Shown: positions 1 through 10,076, counted from the first letter of the stretch. The stretch: DNA of 64,000 nt from an uncultured Gammaproteobacteria bacterium (GCA_964344145.1 CAYFME010000008.1:1913-65912); one strand, 5' to 3'. Notes: generated by a model not told the origin, from the sequence alone. Program-made: numbers and translations.

Positions 1-644
1 TCCGTCTCGTAGCTGGAGAAGGCCTCGGCGTCCGGCGGCGGGTTGTAGTTCGGGCAGCCGGCGAAGCTCTCGTCGTAGGGCACCGGGATGGGCGGGGCCT
101 CGAGGCTCCCCAGACCGGTGCTCGTGTAGCCGGAGCGGGTCCGGACCGTCGGCTCCGTGGGCGCGCGGCCGTCGTGGAGCTCGGTCTGGATGCGCTTGAT
201 CTCGCCGCGCACGGTCTCCAGCTCGCCGGAAGCCTGCGTGTAGGTCGCGGCCGCCTGGATGCCGGAGCGCTGGGCCTCCTCCATGGTCTCGCTCTGCGCG
301 GCGACGATGCCTTCCAGGTCCTGGACGTACGCGTCGTGGGCGGTACGCACACCGGGCTCCTCGGGCGGATCGCCCAGGGCGACCATGGCGTCGGTGGCCT
401 TCTTGTGCTCGCGCCAGGCGGACTCGTAGTCGCCGATGGCGCTCGCGCACGTGGCGCTCGCCTCGCCGCGCGTGGCCAGGAGCGTGGACTCCTGCGCGCG
501 CAGGTCCTCCAGGTAGGCCTGGTTCGCGGCGCGCACGCTGACCTCGTAGGTCTCCGTCGCCTCTTCGACGGTCTCGGGGTTGTCGTTGTTGCCGTCGGCC
601 GCGAAGGCCGGGGCGGTGATCAGGGAAAGGGCGATGAGCAGCAC
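1..644 (-). CDS. Secreted/signal-peptide protein, C-terminally truncated by window edge (GTG start at 644)
   Basis: Minus-strand frame open from GTG 644 to position 1 with an in-frame TGA just upstream. About 97% GC3 codon bias. N-terminal hydrophobic signal VLLIALSLITAPAFAADGNN followed by an A/E-rich region. Missed by the ORF track because no stop falls in the window. Confidence 0.55.
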   Translation of the reverse strand, partial: MLLIALSLITAPAFAADGNNDNPETVEEATETYEVSVRAANQAYLEDLRAQESTLLATRGEASATCASAIGDYESAWREHKKATDAMVALGDPPEEPGVRTAHDAYVQDLEGIVAAQSETMEEAQRSGIQAAATYTQASGELETVRGEIKRIQTELHDGRAPTEPTVRTRSGYTSTGLGSLEAPPIPVPYDESFAGCPNYNPPPDAEAFSSYET

Positions 645-866
645 GGCTCAGGTCCTCATGGGTTTTGGCGCTTATCGCAACGGGCTAAGGATAGGTCCAT
701 CCGTCCGAGTCAGCATCTCAGACTAGCACGAAACGGCCGTACTGTCAACCCGTGGCTGACAAAGCACGAACCCCGCCGGCATGCGCGAGGGCATGGGCGG
801 GGCACAGGCCAGATACTTTTGGAAGCTACTCAACGCGAGGTCGAGAAGATTTCAGAAATGCCTGGA

Positions 867-1388
867 CTAGTTGGAGGTGGTTGCGACACGGGTGTCGACT
901 TCGTGAACGACGCGGAACAACGTCGCTTCCTTGGCCTGGGGTGGCTTGGGATACAGGCCGTCGTCGAGGAAGTTCTCGAGACATGCTCCGAGCTGTCGAT
1001 CTCCCTGGAAGGAGCCACCGTTGGCGCGTCCGGATGGGCTGACGACGAGCTGCGCCTCTACGAGCATGAACTCGCGACGAGTCTTGAGTCCCGTACCCTG
1101 GGCGCACGCCTTGATGGCGTCTCCCTTCTTGTCCAGCACGTCGTTGACGACCTTCTCGACCTCTGCCGGATCGACGTAGCCGTCGACGTACAACATCTCA
1201 CTGTACCAGCCGCGGTAGTAGTCGGGGATCGGCTCAGGCTGATGATCTTCGGCCGGAAGCGTCTCGTGTTCGTCGAGTCGCTTGGTGAGGGTCTCGAGCT
1301 TGACCTCCAGCTCGATGACGCGGTCCTCGAGGGTTCCTGCCATCGCAAGGGTCGTGCCCATCAGGGCAACGATGATCCAATATCGCAT
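867..1388 (-). CDS. Secreted coiled-coil protein (hypothetical)
   Basis: ORF 867..1427; internal ATG at 1388 preceded by AAGGAGAAG RBS; signal peptide MRYWIIVALMGTTLAMAG; heptad-like ELEVKLETLTKRLDE. Confidence 0.6.
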   Translation of the reverse strand: MRYWIIVALMGTTLAMAGTLEDRVIELEVKLETLTKRLDEHETLPAEDHQPEPIPDYYRGWYSEMLYVDGYVDPAEVEKVVNDVLDKKGDAIKACAQGTGLKTRREFMLVEAQLVVSPSGRANGGSFQGDRQLGACLENFLDDGLYPKPPQAKEATLFRVVHEVDTRVATTSN

Positions 1389-1464
1389 GCTTCTCCTTGT
1401 GTTGCAGGCGTGTCCTGACTGTAGCACAGCGGACTAACGAGACTGCCAGAAAATGGCGTCTTTG

Positions 1465-2148
1465 TCAACCCTCGGATCGTTTGTCCGACTGCTCTTTGCG
1501 CCACTTGGCGATTTCTTTGTGATTGCCTGAGAGTAGGACTGACGGAACGGTTAGCTTTTTTCGTTTGAGTCCATCGCGCAACGAGTACTCTTCAGGCTTT
1601 GTGTATTGCGGGTACTCGAGCACGCCCGGTTCGCTGTGGGATTCTTCTTTAAGCGACATCGCCTCGCCAAGCACGCCTGGTACAAGTCGCGCAATGGCAT
1701 CGCTCATGACCATGGCTGGCAGCTCACCACCGGTAAGGACGTAGTCGCCGATCGACAGACTTTCGTCGGCGATGTGTTGCTCGACTCGGGCGTCGACACC
1801 TTCATAGCGTCCGCAGATAAAGATCAGCTGGTCGTATTTGGACAGGCGTTTGGCGTCTTGCTGAGTGAAGCGCTTCCCGCTGGCAGCTGTGAGAATCACG
1901 CGAACTTTCTTACGACGTTTCTTGACCTTGCGCACCGCGCTATCGATCGGTTGGACGGTCATCACCATGCCAGGTCCTCCGCCGTAGGACGTGTCATCGA
2001 CCTTACCATGTTTGTCTTTTGAGAATGGACGAAGATCGTGCGCTTCAATCGCAATTAGTTTCTTCTTTTGCGCACGTCCAAGAATCGACTCGCCCATGTA
2101 GGCGTCGATGGTTTTTGGAAATAATGTGATGATGTCGAAGTGTTTCAT
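1465..2148 (-). CDS. trmD: tRNA (guanine37-N1)-methyltransferase
   Basis: MKHFDIITLFP...YGGGPGMV...LSGNH motifs typical of TrmD; TGA stop. Confidence 0.9.
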   Translation of the reverse strand: MKHFDIITLFPKTIDAYMGESILGRAQKKKLIAIEAHDLRPFSKDKHGKVDDTSYGGGPGMVMTVQPIDSAVRKVKKRRKKVRVILTAASGKRFTQQDAKRLSKYDQLIFICGRYEGVDARVEQHIADESLSIGDYVLTGGELPAMVMSDAIARLVPGVLGEAMSLKEESHSEPGVLEYPQYTKPEEYSLRDGLKRKKLTVPSVLLSGNHKEIAKWRKEQSDKRSEG

Positions 2149-2210
2149 AGAAGTAGTGTAGCAGACGAACAAAAAACCACGCTCGAGAGTGTGGTTTTTT
2201 GTTTTGTTGT

Positions 2211-2585
2211 TTAGAAGGTGAGGTCGTCGACTGAGGACGTGTCCATCTCTTCATCATCGGATCCTGTGTCCTCGTCGTCCGCTGGTGCGGCAGCTGCGGC
2301 TGCAGCTTTCTGTGCGAGGTGCTCTTGGCGGGATCCTTCTGGCTCGTAAATTTTCAGGTTTACGCGCGCGTTGTTGCGAGCTCCGATTTTCTTGAGAAGC
2401 GTTCGGATTGCGCGTGCGGTCTGTCCCTGTCGTCCGACCACGTAACCCATGTCTTCTGGGTTGATGTGGAGGGTGATGAGGACTCCGCGCTCGTCTACGG
2501 TTCGCTCGGTCTTCACGTCATCCGGGTGGTTGACGATCGCGCGAACGATGTACTCCGCAAACTCTTGATCAAATTCCTGTGCCAT
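2211..2585 (-). CDS. KH-domain RNA-binding protein (KhpA/YlqC-like) with acidic C-terminal tail
   Basis: FAEYIVRAIVNHPDDV...VVGRQGQTARAIRTL, a GxxG KH motif, and a conserved position between rpsP and trmD. Confidence 0.75.
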   Translation of the reverse strand: MAQEFDQEFAEYIVRAIVNHPDDVKTERTVDERGVLITLHINPEDMGYVVGRQGQTARAIRTLLKKIGARNNARVNLKIYEPEGSRQEHLAQKAAAAAAAPADDEDTGSDDEEMDTSSVDDLTF

Positions 2586-2654
2586 ACGGTACTTAGAGTT
2601 TCTTGAATTATCTGCCTTCATTCTAGCAAAGCGATGAGAGCTGTCAAAGCGGGC

Positions 2655-3152
2655 TTATTCAGCTGATTCTTCTGCTGGTTTTTCCTCTGCTGGAGCCTCT
2701 TCTGGTGCGGCAGGGGCTTCTGCTTCAGGTGCTTCAGCTTCTGCTGGAGCCTCTGCCTCAGCAGCTGCTTCAGCCTCTTTTTCCTTTTCAGCTTCGGCAG
2801 CTGCCTTTGCAGCCTCCTCAGCTTCTTTCGCCTTTTCCGCAGCTTCTGCCTGTTTCTCCTCCATCTTTGCCGAGCGTTTCTTCGAGATGCGTACGCTCTT
2901 TTGCTTGTCAGCCTTGATAAGTCCAGCGTTCACGAGCAGGTTGTGAACCGTGTTGGATGGCTGTGCGCCCATGGAAAGCCAGTACTCAATGCGTTCCTTT
3001 TTAAGAATGACATTATCTTTCTCGGCACGTGGGTTGTAGTTACCGAGGATTTCCTTGGCGGGAGACCATGGATCACGGTGCTTTTCCATAAGCACGATGC
3101 GGTACTGAGGAGCCTTTTTCTTTCCCGTTCGGGAGAGTCGAATGGTTAGCAT
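2655..3152 (-). CDS. rpsP: 30S ribosomal protein S16 with ~80-aa A/E-rich C-terminal extension
   Basis: MLTIRLSRTGKKKAPQYRIV... is a bS16 N-terminus; the tail is an AEAxxEKEAEAAAEAEAP low-complexity repeat. Confidence 0.9.
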   Translation of the reverse strand: MLTIRLSRTGKKKAPQYRIVLMEKHRDPWSPAKEILGNYNPRAEKDNVILKKERIEYWLSMGAQPSNTVHNLLVNAGLIKADKQKSVRISKKRSAKMEEKQAEAAEKAKEAEEAAKAAAEAEKEKEAEAAAEAEAPAEAEAPEAEAPAAPEEAPAEEKPAEESAE

Positions 3153-3326
3153 GTTTAATATCAATAACAATTATGGCGAAAAGGTACCCTTTGGTCGTTT
3201 TTTTGTCAAGCCCTGTCGGGGCAAATCAATACGCCACCCGGTGGCGTATTCTCTTTGGATGCACAGACGCCGAGCATCGGAGGATCCGACACTCGGCGTC
3301 ACGAGGTCTGCCTTGCGGCGTGTTGC

Positions 3327-5318
3327 CTAGAAGAGGCCCTGGAAGAACGGGACGAGGACTCCCATGACGATGGCGGCGGCCACGCCCACGAGACCTTCGC
3401 CGGCGATGCCGCCAGCGCCGATGGCTCCGGAGTAGTTCTCCATCCACGCCGGGCGCTTGACCTTGATGGTCAGGTAGACCATGGAGCCCAGGAACATGGA
3501 GAAGGAGTACATGTAGGGCACGATCATGGCCACGCCAAGGCCAATGGCCGAGGGCATCCACGCGCGCACCTTGGGCGACACGCTCTTCTCCACGATGGTG
3601 ATCAGCACGCCCAGGACGATGCCGACGATGAGAGCTGGCACGGCCATGGGGGGCAGGGCGCTCACGCCCTTGGCCATCATGGTGGCGAGTCCGGCCCAGG
3701 TGATGGCTGCCGGGGCGGGCCACATCTCGGAACCGATGGGGTGCGCCTGGATCAGGACCCAGAAGATCGCCGCGCAGAAGGGAGCGCCGATGAGTACGCC
3801 CATGAGCTGTGCGTAGACCTGCCGCTTGGGCGTGGCGCCCAGCAGCCAGCCGGTCTTCAGGTCCTGCATCATGTCGGCCGCCTCGGAGGCGCCACCAGCG
3901 GCCACGCCACCGGTGAGCAGGTTGGCGCTGGTGATGGAACCGACGCCCGCGGAGCTGCCGGTCTGCAGGGCGCCGAAGGCGATCTGCGTGACCGAGCCCA
4001 TGGTACCCACGGGGTTGATGTCCGTCTCGCCCGTCGCGCGCACGGCGATGACCGCGAGCATGAAGGACAGGGCGATAGCCAGGATGCCGAAGTACCACGG
4101 CACGCCGAAGCGGATCTGGAGCATGCCCATCACGCCGATGGAGGCGACGATGAGGCCGCCGACCCACTGCCAGGTGGGGACTTCCAGGTGGGCGATGGGC
4201 GACACGCCGCCACTGCGGCGGAACATGCTGCGGATGGCCTTGAGGATGATCTTCCACTGGTAGGCGGTCGCGGTGAGGCCCGCGGCGATCATCATGCCGA
4301 TGGCGGGCCACATGAGCCACTTGACCATGATGGAGTAGTAGCTCTGCGCCTGCACGTCCGCGAAGTACTTGCAGTTGTCCGCGAAGAAGGCGGCCTGCTG
4401 CTCAGTCGGCTCCGCGATGGCGAAGATGGCCTGGCAGTCGGCCACGACGGCGTCGGGGGTCATGCTCGTGGCGATGGTCACGTCGATACCCTGACTCACG
4501 AGCCAGGGCGTCAGGACGACCCAGGCGATGATGCCGGCCACGCCCAGCGAAGCGCCGATGCGCGGGCCGATCAGGAAGCCGGCGCCGAACATCATCGGCG
4601 AGACCGCGGCACCGACCGTGAGGTTGGCTAGCGGGATACCACCGACCTTCCAGCTCGCCGGGGCCATGACGTAGCTCGGGATGAACGCGGGCCAGCCCTG
4701 CTGGAACCAGGTGATCACGCCGGAGACGAGACCGGTGATGCCCAGAGCCTTGGCCTTGTTCATGGCCTGCGCACCCTTGGCGTGCATCGCCGTGATGGTC
4801 TCGGCGCAGGCGGTTCCGGTGGGGAAGCGCAGGCGGTCGATGACCAGGATCTGGCGGCGCAGCGGGATGGCGAAGAAGACGCCCAGGAAGCTCGTGAAGA
4901 ACACCCACAGCAGCACGTCCATGAAGGTCGGCGCCTGGCGGATGATGCCGTCGGCCGCGAGCAGGAAGAGCGCCGGGATGACGTTCACGATGTTGCCCAG
5001 CGACCCGGCCGCGCTCGCGAAGGTCTGCGTCGCGTTGTTCTCGAGCACCGAGTAGCTGCGCCCGAGGATCCGCATGATGGCGAAGCCCAGGATGACGGCG
5101 ATGAGCGAGCCTCCCTCACCCCAGCCGGTCTTCAGACCCATGTAGATGTTGAAGGCGATCATCAGCGCGCCCAGGCCGATCGAGACCAGGATGACCTGGA
5201 TCGTCAGCTCGGGGAGCTTGTCGCCCTTGTAGGTGTGGGTCAGCCAGTGACGTTCTGCCCGCTCGACTTCTTCTGCCGAGCGCGGTTGGACGTCAGCGGT
5301 AGCGCTGTCGTTCATCAT
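3327..5318 (-). CDS. OPT-family oligopeptide transporter (high-GC gene)
   Basis: About 660-aa polytopic membrane protein with OPT-superfamily-like TM pattern; 65% GC with GC3 bias; start MMNDS at 5318 chosen from GGGGG RBS-like context (alternative TTG at 5399). Confidence 0.7.
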   Translation of the reverse strand: MMNDSATADVQPRSAEEVERAERHWLTHTYKGDKLPELTIQVILVSIGLGALMIAFNIYMGLKTGWGEGGSLIAVILGFAIMRILGRSYSVLENNATQTFASAAGSLGNIVNVIPALFLLAADGIIRQAPTFMDVLLWVFFTSFLGVFFAIPLRRQILVIDRLRFPTGTACAETITAMHAKGAQAMNKAKALGITGLVSGVITWFQQGWPAFIPSYVMAPASWKVGGIPLANLTVGAAVSPMMFGAGFLIGPRIGASLGVAGIIAWVVLTPWLVSQGIDVTIATSMTPDAVVADCQAIFAIAEPTEQQAAFFADNCKYFADVQAQSYYSIMVKWLMWPAIGMMIAAGLTATAYQWKIILKAIRSMFRRSGGVSPIAHLEVPTWQWVGGLIVASIGVMGMLQIRFGVPWYFGILAIALSFMLAVIAVRATGETDINPVGTMGSVTQIAFGALQTGSSAGVGSITSANLLTGGVAAGGASEAADMMQDLKTGWLLGATPKRQVYAQLMGVLIGAPFCAAIFWVLIQAHPIGSEMWPAPAAITWAGLATMMAKGVSALPPMAVPALIVGIVLGVLITIVEKSVSPKVRAWMPSAIGLGVAMIVPYMYSFSMFLGSMVYLTIKVKRPAWMENYSGAIGAGGIAGEGLVGVAAAIVMGVLVPFFQGLF

Positions 5319-5455
5319 AACCCCCAGTGGGAGAGGAAAGGTGCTCTGTGGAAAGTTCCACATTGCTCGTTGTTTACCGGACTGAGGAGCTTTCGTCAAT
5401 CCATTGTTCCCCTGTCACACTTTCTTTCTTTGCGGCATAGTATAGGTAGAACGCT

Positions 5456-5956
5456 ATGCGAATTGATGAAAAACGGGCGGATTTTGAGGCGCAGTATGAT
5501 GAGTTGTTTGATTTGGTTTACCGATATGTGGCGTATCGTATTCCAAACCGTGCAGACGCCGAGGACGTTGTGGCGAGTACGGTTGAGAAAGCTTATCGCA
5601 AGCTTCGTCAATTTGATCCAGTGCGAGGAGAGCTGCGTCAGTGGGTGAGTGGTATCGCCAGAAACGAGGTGACGGCGCACTGGCGACGGTCGCGTCCAAT
5701 GATCTCACTCGATCAGCTCGGATCAGTCGAAGATCTTTCGCCATCAGCTGACGAAAAACTTTCAGACGAGATGATGGTTGAACATCTAACTCGACACCTT
5801 CCGCCAGAGGCAAAGGTATTGCTGACCATGCGCTATGTAGACGATCTGACATATAAGGAGATTGCGCGATGTGTGAACAAGCGTCCGGCGGCCGTGCGCA
5901 AGTGGTTCTCCCGCATGCATCAGCGTCTCTCGACCCAACTAAATGAAATGTTATGA
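5456..5956 (+). CDS. ECF-family RNA polymerase sigma factor (sigma-70 regions 2 and 4)
   Basis: VYRYVAYRIPNRADAEDVVASTVEKAYRKL is a region-2 motif and LPPEAKVLLTMRYVDDLTYKEIA is a region-4 HTH; ATGA overlap with the downstream gene. Confidence 0.85.
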   Translation: MRIDEKRADFEAQYDELFDLVYRYVAYRIPNRADAEDVVASTVEKAYRKLRQFDPVRGELRQWVSGIARNEVTAHWRRSRPMISLDQLGSVEDLSPSADEKLSDEMMVEHLTRHLPPEAKVLLTMRYVDDLTYKEIARCVNKRPAAVRKWFSRMHQRLSTQLNEML

Positions 5957-7881
5957 GTCTTAAGAAAATTATTCATATGATGAGTCAGCGTGACGAGAGT
6001 GAGGTCGAGGTTAACGAATCACTCAAGCGATCCGTTCGAGGTAAGCTCGGTGAGCAAAAGCCATCGTGGAAGAAGCTTATTCCATTTGGTGGCTTGGTAG
6101 GAGCGATGGTGGTGTTGGCGATCTTTCTGCAGATCGATCCGATGATCCCTCCTTACGATGATTGGGTATTTGAGTATGAAGAGAACGTCGACGATGGTGC
6201 CTATTCGTCGTCTTGCCCGTATTGTGCTGTCACCGGGTCAACGGGTTCATCAGGTGGTGGTCTGCTCGATAGCTTTAGCTCTTTCACAGAAGGCTCCGTT
6301 TCGGCACCAAGCGTTTCCTACGACGCTGAGGAGTCTTTGGGATTTGCCGTGGGAGGTGCGAACGACATTCAGACATTCCGCGACAACATCGCCGAGGGCT
6401 ATCTGCCAAATCCATCATCACTCACATACGAGGGACTGTTCTACGAATATTTCTTCGACACCGGCCAGCAAGAGGCGTGCGAGGAGCTGTTCTGTGCTTC
6501 CTATGTACAAACAGCCAGTGCCGACCCGATCTCGGGCGAGACAGATCATTATCTTTCTGTGGGACTAAACTCTGGTATTACGGAAGCAGACTTTGAGCGT
6601 CGACCGTTGAATCTGATCATTGTGATGGACATCTCCGGATCGATGGGGTCGGCATTTAATTCGTACTACTACGATCAACCGATCCTCGATACGTGGAGCG
6701 AGGAGGAGCTCGACCTCTACTATGAAGATGCAGAAAAAACAAAGATGGAAATCGCCAACGAGGCGGTGGTTGGTCTGATGGATCATCTTCAGGACGATGA
6801 CCGGTTTGGTATGGTGCTGTATGACGATGAGGCGTTTTTGGCAAAGCCGATGAACGTGGTTGGCAACACGGACATGGATGCGATTGCTGATCATGTGATG
6901 GACATTCGAGATCAGGGTGGAACAAACATGGAGGCGGGTATGGAAATGGCTTCTGCGATGTTTGAGGATCTTTCGGCCTCTAAGATGGAAGGCCACGAAA
7001 ATCGCATTATCTTCGTGACTGATGCGATGCCAAACACGGGCGATACGTCTGAGGACGGACTGCTGGGCATGGTAACGAGCAATGCGGACGATGGCGTTTA
7101 CACCTCGTTCATTGGCGTGGGCGTAGACTTCCAGACGGACCTCGTGGAGGCCCTTACAAAGGTACGCGGAGCAAACTACTACGCCGTGCACACGCCGGCC
7201 GATTTCAAGGAGCGCATGGATGAGCAGTTTGATTTTATGGTGACACCTCTCGTGTTCGATCTGTCACTGAGCTTTGATTCTGATGACGTGTCGATCGCGC
7301 AGGTGTATGGATCGCCAGATGCGGACAAGGCGACGGGTGAGTTGATGTATGTGAACACGCTGTTCCCATCTGCGTCCGAAGGTGGCGAGGTGCGCGGCGG
7401 TGTGGTGCTCTTGAAGCTCGAGGGTGCGTCAGAGGGTTCGTTGGTTGATCTGGTGGTGAGCTACGAGAATCGGTATGGAGAAGCATTTCTACAATCAGAT
7501 AGTATTACGATTGATGGAGGGAAGGCAGAGTCTACGGGTGTTACGAAGGCTGTCCTTCTCGCGCGCTACGCGGACTTGCTCTTGAACTGGTTGATCGATA
7601 CAAATCAGCAGGCCCCTGAGCCAACCGTGACGATCTTTGAAGGCATTGTTGTTCCCGCAGAATGGGTGTTGAGCGAGTGGGAACAGACATCAACCGAGTT
7701 GACCGTGTCTGATGCGTACAAGGAACTGTTTGCAACGTTTACGGCGCACATGGAACAGCAAATCGCCGCACTAGGCGACGATGAGCTGTATCAAGAGGTT
7801 GATTTGTTGGAGTTGTTGCAGCAAGCAAGTAGTGGATCGTATAGCGGCGACGGTTCAGGGGGTGATGATTGGGAGTACTAG
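5953..7881 (+). CDS. Anti-sigma-like membrane protein with extracytoplasmic von Willebrand factor A (vWA) domain
   Basis: Single TM LIPFGGLVGAMVVLAIFL after a short cytoplasmic N-term; a MIDAS DISGSMG motif and vWA-like core (LNLIIVMDISGSMG...FVTDAMPNTGD); translationally coupled to the ECF sigma. Confidence 0.7.
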   Translation: MSLKKIIHMMSQRDESEVEVNESLKRSVRGKLGEQKPSWKKLIPFGGLVGAMVVLAIFLQIDPMIPPYDDWVFEYEENVDDGAYSSSCPYCAVTGSTGSSGGGLLDSFSSFTEGSVSAPSVSYDAEESLGFAVGGANDIQTFRDNIAEGYLPNPSSLTYEGLFYEYFFDTGQQEACEELFCASYVQTASADPISGETDHYLSVGLNSGITEADFERRPLNLIIVMDISGSMGSAFNSYYYDQPILDTWSEEELDLYYEDAEKTKMEIANEAVVGLMDHLQDDDRFGMVLYDDEAFLAKPMNVVGNTDMDAIADHVMDIRDQGGTNMEAGMEMASAMFEDLSASKMEGHENRIIFVTDAMPNTGDTSEDGLLGMVTSNADDGVYTSFIGVGVDFQTDLVEALTKVRGANYYAVHTPADFKERMDEQFDFMVTPLVFDLSLSFDSDDVSIAQVYGSPDADKATGELMYVNTLFPSASEGGEVRGGVVLLKLEGASEGSLVDLVVSYENRYGEAFLQSDSITIDGGKAESTGVTKAVLLARYADLLLNWLIDTNQQAPEPTVTIFEGIVVPAEWVLSEWEQTSTELTVSDAYKELFATFTAHMEQQIAALGDDELYQEVDLLELLQQASSGSYSGDGSGGDDWEY

Positions 7882-9344
7882 GGGTTGATTAACTCGGCAA
7901 CACCCGTTCCGTTGCTTGGCGCCTTCCATTCGCTGTCGTCGAGTCCGCCGAGGTTCATAATCATGTATTGCTGCATTGGGTCATCCGTTGGCATGAAGAT
8001 GACATGGTCGCCAAGCCCTGATTCTTCGTTGTCAGCCAGAAGCGTTCCGTCAGGCCAGAGGAAGTGGACATCGCGTGCGTCGTCCTGCGACTCCCACGCG
8101 TCGATCGTGAGCTCACCGTCTTCATTGGCGGTGGCATAGAGAAGATGGAATGGCTTTGCGTCGCTGAGAAGATTGGACTCTCTGTATTCGTAGTACAACT
8201 TGTATTGATTGTTTCCAAGAGAGACGATGACGGGTCCGTGTGCAGCGTCGACGAGCATTTGCGCGCAGCCGTCGTCGTTTTTCGTTACGTTCCATTGATC
8301 GTCCCATGTGGCAAAGAACAATCCGTCGCGCGTCTGCTCGCATTCGTCCGCGCCAGTGATAACGGCAAAGGCGTACTCATCTCGGTTCCAAACGTTCATT
8401 TCTGGTGACCAACCAATCTTTGTTTGTCGAACTTGTGTGAGACCGTTGTCGTTGTTGTAGCCATCGGTCGTCACGCCGATCTCCAGCTGGACGGAGCAGG
8501 CATTTGGCGTTGTGTAGAGCTCTGAGCATTCGCCAACGTCCGAAAAGGTGAGTCCGTCGCTTTCAATGGAGATGAGTCGTTGTTGGATTGCATCTTGCCC
8601 TTTGGCACCAGGAATGTGTTCCTGATCACTCGCCTCTAGGAAAAGGCTATATCCATCTGATCGACGAATGGCTTGGAACGTTGAATAGTAGAGTGCGTCC
8701 TGATCACGATAGATCTCGAAGGACTCGGCCTGCTCGAGGCTTTCGATGATATCATCGATGTCACCACTATCTACGATGATCGACTTAAGACGAATTGTGC
8801 TTGTTCCGTCGTCCTGTTCAGGGTAGAAGAACAGGAGACCGCGATCGCCGCCGAGCACTGGGAGCATGTAGGTTGCGGCAACGCCCCAAGAGGTGAGGTT
8901 GGTGACGGTTTCGTAGGATGATCCTTCGCCGTGGATTTGCCAGTACTCCTCGCCGGTGGACGCCTGCTGTGTCAGCTCGACGGGATTGGTGCAGATGAGA
9001 TCTTCGCAGGCGGTCAGGGTGAGCGTGTAGTCTGTTGCAGATCGTAGTCCGGTGAGGGTTAACTCTGTGCTGTCCGACCCGACGTCCCAAGCGTGGATCG
9101 GTTCGTCCGCTTCGTCGCTTTGAGCAGTGATGCTGACAACATCAAGATGATCCATCGCCGACCATCGGGCCTGCAGGCTTGTAGACGAATCGTAGACGTG
9201 TCCGTCATGTTCGGTCGTCACAGAAACAACCGAGAAGGTGAGCTCTGCCTGTGTACTCGGATCGTCGACAACAGGAGGGGGCGTTTGTGAGAAGAGGGGC
9301 ACGAGAAGCATCAGTAAGAGAACAGGAAACGTCATCATATGCAT
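7878..9344 (-). CDS. Secreted protein with FN3-like N-terminal domain (hypothetical)
   Basis: Signal peptide MTFPVLLLMLLVPLFSQT; LTLTGLRSATDYTLTLTA is a fibronectin-III-like strand motif; convergent with the anti-sigma gene. Confidence 0.6.
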   Translation of the reverse strand: MHMMTFPVLLLMLLVPLFSQTPPPVVDDPSTQAELTFSVVSVTTEHDGHVYDSSTSLQARWSAMDHLDVVSITAQSDEADEPIHAWDVGSDSTELTLTGLRSATDYTLTLTACEDLICTNPVELTQQASTGEEYWQIHGEGSSYETVTNLTSWGVAATYMLPVLGGDRGLLFFYPEQDDGTSTIRLKSIIVDSGDIDDIIESLEQAESFEIYRDQDALYYSTFQAIRRSDGYSLFLEASDQEHIPGAKGQDAIQQRLISIESDGLTFSDVGECSELYTTPNACSVQLEIGVTTDGYNNDNGLTQVRQTKIGWSPEMNVWNRDEYAFAVITGADECEQTRDGLFFATWDDQWNVTKNDDGCAQMLVDAAHGPVIVSLGNNQYKLYYEYRESNLLSDAKPFHLLYATANEDGELTIDAWESQDDARDVHFLWPDGTLLADNEESGLGDHVIFMPTDDPMQQYMIMNLGGLDDSEWKAPSNGTGVAELINP

Positions 9345-9395
9345 GAATTGTAAAACAAAAACACCTCAGGCCGAAGCCCGAGGCGCTTTTTGTTT

Positions 9396-10076
9396 TTACT
9401 GAACGAGCAGTACGTCTAGTCCGATGGTCATCATGTCGTCGATCAATACCTCGATGGCATCTCCGAGCAATGTCTCAGATCCAAAGCGAACATCCCACTT
9501 ACTGCGGTCGAGCTCGAACTGCGCGACGAGATGATATCCGTCGTCAGTCATTGTCACCTCTGCTGGGAACTCAACCGAGTCCGTGATTCCCTTCATGGTG
9601 AGTTCACCCATTACAAGGAAGTTCTCATCTGCGTCTTGTTCTTCAAGATCAGTGATCGCAAACGTTGCGGTTGGGTACTCTTCAACAGAGAAGAAGTCGT
9701 CTGACTCGAGGTGCTCAACGAGCGATGCGTTGGAGTCTTCGTCCTCGATGTCGAGCACAACAATAGACGTCATGTCGATCACCACCTCACCCGTCTCCTC
9801 TTCACCAACGGAAAGAGATCCTTCGGAGATTCCGATTGTTCCATCGTGCGCTCCACCGGTCTTTCGACCAACCCAGGTGATGGTGCTGTTTTCAACGTCA
9901 ACGGTGTAATCACCTTCTGCGAGCTCAAACTCGTCTTCATCTTCTCCTTCCCCCATTTCATCTTCGATCTCTTCGTCCATGTCGTCATCAAGAACGACTT
10001 CCGAAGAAGAGAAACATCCGGCTCCAACGAGCGCGAGCAGCGCAAAGGCTGTTAAAAATCGTGCGAACTGATTCAT
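9396..10076 (-). CDS. YceI-like family lipoprotein
   Basis: Lipobox LALVGAGC; ITWVGRKTGGAHDGTIG matches the YceI-domain signature; acidic linker. Confidence 0.7.
   Translation of the reverse strand: MNQFARFLTAFALLALVGAGCFSSSEVVLDDDMDEEIEDEMGEGEDEDEFELAEGDYTVDVENSTITWVGRKTGGAHDGTIGISEGSLSVGEEETGEVVIDMTSIVVLDIEDEDSNASLVEHLESDDFFSVEEYPTATFAITDLEEQDADENFLVMGELTMKGITDSVEFPAEVTMTDDGYHLVAQFELDRSKWDVRFGSETLLGDAIEVLIDDMMTIGLDVLLVQ

Noticed and set aside
174-1418. 414-aa plus-strand ORF spanning the first two genes
   Set aside because: Low-complexity G/R/A/L-rich translation with no GC3 bias. It is antisense to two minus-strand genes that have signal peptides and a strong RBS. It is a typical high-GC antisense ORF artefact.
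3226-4631. Long ORFs 3226-4320 (-) and 3255-4631 (+) inside or opposite the OPT transporter
   Set aside because: Arg/His/Gly/Asp-rich nonsense translations in alternative frames of a 65% GC gene. The 3327-5399 frame gives a coherent polytopic transporter.
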